Shown here piece after piece: positions 58,500 through 64,000 of a stretch of 64,000 nt of DNA (position 1 is the first letter of the stretch; each line of letters opens with the position of its first letter). The notes beneath the pieces were generated by a model, which saw only the letters and a program-made list of their open reading frames with translations, searched no databases and was not told the DNA's origin. A program made the position numbers and the translations under genes. Location: positions 304,606,001 through 304,670,000 of the forward strand of contig OZ024742.1 of NCBI GenBank assembly GCA_964016885.1. The letters are read 5' to 3'. This DNA comes from Eledone cirrhosa (lineage: Eukaryota).

Positions 58500-59100
58500 T
58501 GGGCGTCAAGATAGTTTTAGGTACTCTAGTAATTTCATGTTCATGCGTAGTTTCTCCCGTACTTTTTTCATCTTCCATTTTTCTCTACGCTATGTATCAA
58601 TTTTACCTAAATATTTTCTGAGCTGCGTTATATCTCTTTTGAATGTCATCTTCCACCAGTCTTTCTTATATTTCTCCATTTCAATTTGCTTGATACGTAA
58701 TCCCTCACACACCAGAAACTCTGCAGTACTGATTAACCTTCTCAAGCCAGTGATATCATTGGTTTCTATTTACATGCTTTATTTGGATGGTTCGCTTGGT
58801 AAACGCTTTCACTCTATATCCCAAAGATTACGCGGCGTCTTATTGATTCAAGAATCATTAAAAAATATGTGACTCTTTTAGTAATCAATCTTGTTCCTCC
58901 CCTTTCTTCATTTTCATTCAAACTTTCACTGTCCACATCATCAGTCACTTGACGTTCCACTCACCCCACATTTATTGGTTCATCATATTCTCACTTATCA
59001 AAATTTTGGTAGGCTAATTCTTCCTCAATTGATACATCTTCATTATGATCTGTATATCTCCCACTTTCCACATTCGCAGCACTCAGTGCCCTCTGTGATG
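58500..59100 (-). mobile_element. Degenerate R4/Dong-like non-LTR retrotransposon N-terminal fragment
   Basis: 58590-58766 reads ETNDITGLRRLISTAEFLVCEGLRIK..WWKMTFKRDITQLRKYLGKI, resembling TxxITExNxLIYAxAxVVxExLG..WxxRLxxxIxxLRxDL; outer limits approximate. Confidence 0.55.
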
Positions 59101-61319
59101 AGCTGTTGCCAACTCCACTCATGCCACTTACTCTGTCCGACGGCTTCACCTCTGGTTATTTCCAAAAGGCTCCCTTCAATATTTCCACTTCCATGCCAAT
59201 TTGAATTCATATATCTTACCTGCTTCATTTTCATGAGATATACGGTTGTGCATCTATCAGGGATTCTTTTTTGTGTGCACCACAAGAAATATCACCAACC
59301 AAAGCTAAAGACCCCTACCGCCCATTTCTGTTGTTGTTTCCGCTGTTACCGTTGCCTGTTCCAGCTATCACTAATGCAGTGACGGTAGCGGTACTGACTC
59401 GCAACTGAGAATAATACATGTCTAATAGATTTGAATAAGCTGTTCCAAATATAAATTATCTGAAATAGAGGTAACCAAAATGTTGCAACTAAAAAAAGAA
59501 ACAATTTATATGACAATAGGTGCTTCTGAATGATTAAATGCAAATGGACATATACATAACCAAAATCCCAGATATTGTGCTCACATATAACATTGCCGGG
59601 GACTGCACACACATGAAAATATTCTATTGTACTACCACTATAATCGGACTAAAATAATACCAAAACAAATCACTGTTTAAAGCTAAGGCACACAAAGATA
59701 CGCTCGGTGGTTCAGAGAAAACGAGCAATAAAAATAAGATTAGTGATGATGATGATGATGATGATGATATTAATAATAATAATGTAATGAAGAAATTGCT
59801 GTTTTCTAAAAGGTATCCGAAAGTTGGAAAATATAGTATTTCATTTCTGTGAGCACGGTTTCTTTTTTTCTTTTTTTTCTTTTTTCTTTTTTCTTTTTTC
59901 TTTTTTCTTTTTTCTTTTTTCTTTTTTCTTTTTTCTTTCTTGCTTTCTTGCTTTTATATTAATTCTGGATATCATATATTGGAAAAGAGAAAAATGAAAG
60001 CGGTGAGGGAAAAGAGAAAGTGAGAGAGAGCGAAAGAGAGATAAGAATGGAGGAGAAAAAGATAGAGAAATGAATAATTGAAAGAAGTAGAAGGAGTGAC
60101 ATATGACAATATTCTTTCTGTAAACTAGATAGATATCTTCCAACTTGCTGTCTTTTCCATATGATCGCATACTTTTTTCACTGTGTCCGCTTTGCAAAAT
60201 GATCTGAAACAAACTATATATATAAAATAAAATATATAAAAGGAACAAATAGAAAAAAAGAAATAGAATAACAGCATCGGGGAAAACAAAAGCTATGAAT
60301 GAAATACCTTAACGCTGAGATGATTTTTCTTGTTGAGCAAGTGGCAAAATTATAATACGTACATAGCAACTAAACGTTACAATGAGATGAAATAACGGCA
60401 AAGAATGCCATTTTAACCGCACCAATATTTAACTCTAATTTCCTTATGCTCTATTTCGCATAAAAATTAAATCTAGCTAGACATGAACGGTAACCACTGT
60501 TCTCCAGCGTCTCAGAAACCAGCAAATAATCAATAAATCACTTGTTCGAAAGGAAAAAGAAGAAAGAAATCAATAGATATAATTTTTTTATTTTTATTTT
60601 TATTTAAATAATTTTATTTATTTATTGTATTCTCAAACAATCATCATCATCGTTGACACTAGATATTCCATTATTACCACCCTCACCACCACCAACATTT
60701 CTCTCAAAATAACCATAATCATCAGTACTATAACTACAACCGCCATTATATCAACTAACTACAAACAGCGTAATCACTCTCGCTAACCGCCACAAGCACA
60801 AGCTCTACAAAAATCCAAAACCTCCATCATTAACATTACCACTACAACCACTATGGCTATCACTCACATCACCACCGCTCAAACAAATGGAAACCCAACT
60901 TCATCTACCTGCACCATCTGCAATACCATGAGTAACATCATCACTGCCACTTACAGAGCCACAACCAACATCTACCACTAAACAGTAACATAAATATAAT
61001 AAAATACAAAACAAACAAAAGGCGCAACAAAATGACAAAAAAAAAAAAAAAATTCAAAACATCAACTGCTTCCATAGTCACCATCGCCATGCCATTTCTT
61101 TAAATCAATATTCTCTTACTTACTTCCGACTTCAAAAAGAATGTACCATTTTAGAAAATTAGTTCTGCTAAATTACAATATGGCAACCTTTTCAGAGTTT
61201 TGTCCATCGATAACAACTGATTGTTTGTCTTAGTATGGGAAGAAAGAAAGATGTAGGGGAAAAGACAGAATCGATTTGTTGTCACGAAATGTCATGCACA
61301 CACTTACACATAAAGGAAT

Positions 61320-61828
<509 letters not shown>

Positions 61829-61975
61829 AGAAGTGGAGGGATTCATATCCCGTTAGTTGTTTGAGTGACGACTATATCTAATTTTATTCTGATCTTGAAT
61901 GTAGTCATATCTCTCTCTCTCTATATATATATACATATATATATAAATATATACCATTGATTGGTAGATTTATCC

Positions 61976-62013
<38 letters not shown>

Positions 62014-62434
62014 GTGTGCGTGTGTGCATGTATATATCTATAGATGTGTGTGTGTGTGAGTAATGAAATGAAAGAAGGTGGGAGTGGAGAATAAATGTCG
62101 GAGCTGGAAAACCAAGTATTTTGTATTTATTCCATTTCGAAACAACCGAAATTCAAGTTATAGAGGAATTTTATTGACATTTTTTTTACGTATTCATCGG
62201 CTTAATTTCTCTCTTCCTTACCATTTTCCTGCAATGTGTGACCGGAATGAGATGTTGTGCTTTCTCTGTCATATAGGGCCCGACCTTTGGAAAATGTTGA
62301 CTCGAATCAAAGATTTCAACTTTTACGTTATTGATTAAATGGACTGGCCTGGTCTCTCTCGCTATGTTTTCTCCCTCTGCCACACAAGGAAAGCTCCCTC
62401 TCTCTCTCTTCTGTCCTTCTCTCTCTCTCTGTCT

Positions 62435-62550
<116 letters not shown>

Positions 62551-62885
62551 AAGTTTTAAATGTGTGGCTCCTAAGGCAGATAAACATAATAAAGTCAGTC
62601 ACTGTGTTTCTGTAGTGAATTCTTTCAGATGTTTCTACATATTTCTTTTTTTAGGGGGGGGCGTGCAACCCGTCCACTTACAGTTCCTTTCCATTTCTTA
62701 AGAAGTAGACTGTGTATGAGTTCACATATTTGAATCTCCTCACCTAAATATTCGTTCTGACGGAAACGTATGACCACTTATCTCCATACTATATACGTCT
62801 TCTTAATGGTATTAGTAAACATTAAGATCAACACCGATAACATTCACAAAGCTTCTATGTAATATTTGATCTAGTTGCTAACATG

Positions 62886-63300
62886 TATGAGGGGCGGGTT
62901 AAAATTATCATTAAACATATGGACACTTTGAAAAAGTTGTGCAGTGAAATTGATAAAAGTGATATGTTCAGATTTAGTTGTTTTTAATGATGAATATTTG
63001 AGCATCGTTTGGTATTTGATATTTTGAATGTGTGTATTAAACGGTCAACAGTCAGCCAATATCATTTGCATTTGTTTGTAAATTCAGATGAAATCGGCAA
63101 CGTTGGAGGGATGAAGAGCGTGAAAATTTTCGCTGCCCGTCTATCAAAATTTTGACCTTTGTTTTGAACTCGTTGAAGATTTAGATGCAGGATGGGGGGC
63201 TCAATATTTGCAGATGATTAACTCACTGTCTATAGAGATCATCCGATTTTCACTCTCGCAGCCATTATGAAGTCACATTAATAAATTGAAGCCTTCACAC
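62886..63300 (+). mobile_element. Possible ancient mariner remnant
   Basis: tatgaggg start resembles a TACGAGGG TIR; FR*NRQRWRDEER and ELVED resemble the mariner HTH linker. Confidence 0.3.
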
Positions 63301-63781
63301 GTTTGTGATTAGAAAAAATTAAAAAAATTGCAAAACATAAAATAGTTATTCATTAATAAATTGCTGCCACCAAATTATGGAAACTAAGATCCTTACTACT
63401 GGCAGTCCACCCAATTTACAAATATGGATGATAAGCTCACAGTGATGATTAGATGGGATTATGAAGTAGTGATATGGCCTGTATATTGAACAGACATGGA
63501 AATGGAATTCATGAAATTTGATTTAATCACTTCTGTTCGAACCCAGCTTACACTTTCAGCCTGGTATGTTAAATGGGATATTTTGATTGGACTGGTGTAA
63601 ATGTTAATGCTTCAATGACTACGACACTCTAGTTTTATAAGGGCAAGGAATTACCAATTTTTATCGTCCGAGTTGAAGGTAGCCAAAGAATGATGAAATT
63701 AAAATATATTTCTCTCACACACAAGCACGTGTGTGTGTGAGAGAAAGAATCTCTCTCCCTCTCCCTCTCCCTCTTCCTCTC

Positions 63782-63910
<129 letters not shown>

Positions 63911-63920
63911 GTAGAAAACT

Positions 63921-63985
63921 GGAATCTTCAGCTCAGTTCGAGCTGAAGATCCGCAAGGTGAAATGTTTATTCTCGGTATGGTGAA
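63921..63985 (+). ncRNA. Degenerate HHR-like cassette with short fold-back, next to (TA)n
   Basis: atcttcagctc/gagctgaagat hairpin; CTGAAGA-t-cc gcaa gg-t-GAAA; stem III and cleavage triplet degraded. Confidence 0.4.
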
Positions 63986-64000
63986 CTAACTGTTGTGTTC

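Noticed and set aside
59857-59950. Lys-rich ORF end (KKKKEKRK)
   Set aside because: A T-rich (CTTTTTT)n simple repeat.

Overview
AT-rich, microsatellite-saturated animal genomic DNA. The SINE and repeat content looks like octopus/cephalopod to me, but this is recognition, not a verified assignment. I see no intact host protein-coding gene; nearly all ORF-track entries are (TA)n/(CA)n/(GA)n artefacts. Recognisable mobile elements: a 5'-truncated RTE-type LINE with a 10-bp TSD, a frameshifted Penelope-like element (PLE; RT + GIY-YIG), two GIY-YIG fragments of a second PLE family, an internally deleted Chapaev3-type DNA transposon with TIRs and a TTA TSD, eight minus-strand tRNA-derived SINEs, and older R4/Dong, hAT and mariner remnants. 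Two hidden layers stand out. First, many short non-coding cassettes sit in (TA)n tracts and carry hammerhead ribozyme (HHR) motifs, including one fully canonical type I HHR at 44287-44352. They often have a fold-back (inverted) 5' arm, and in places flanking DNA is duplicated in inverted orientation. Second, scattered minus-strand exon remnants from about 56.4 kb to 4.3 kb appear colinear with a very large inducible GTPase (GVIN1/URGCP-like) pseudogene; this assignment rests on motif recall and needs a database search.
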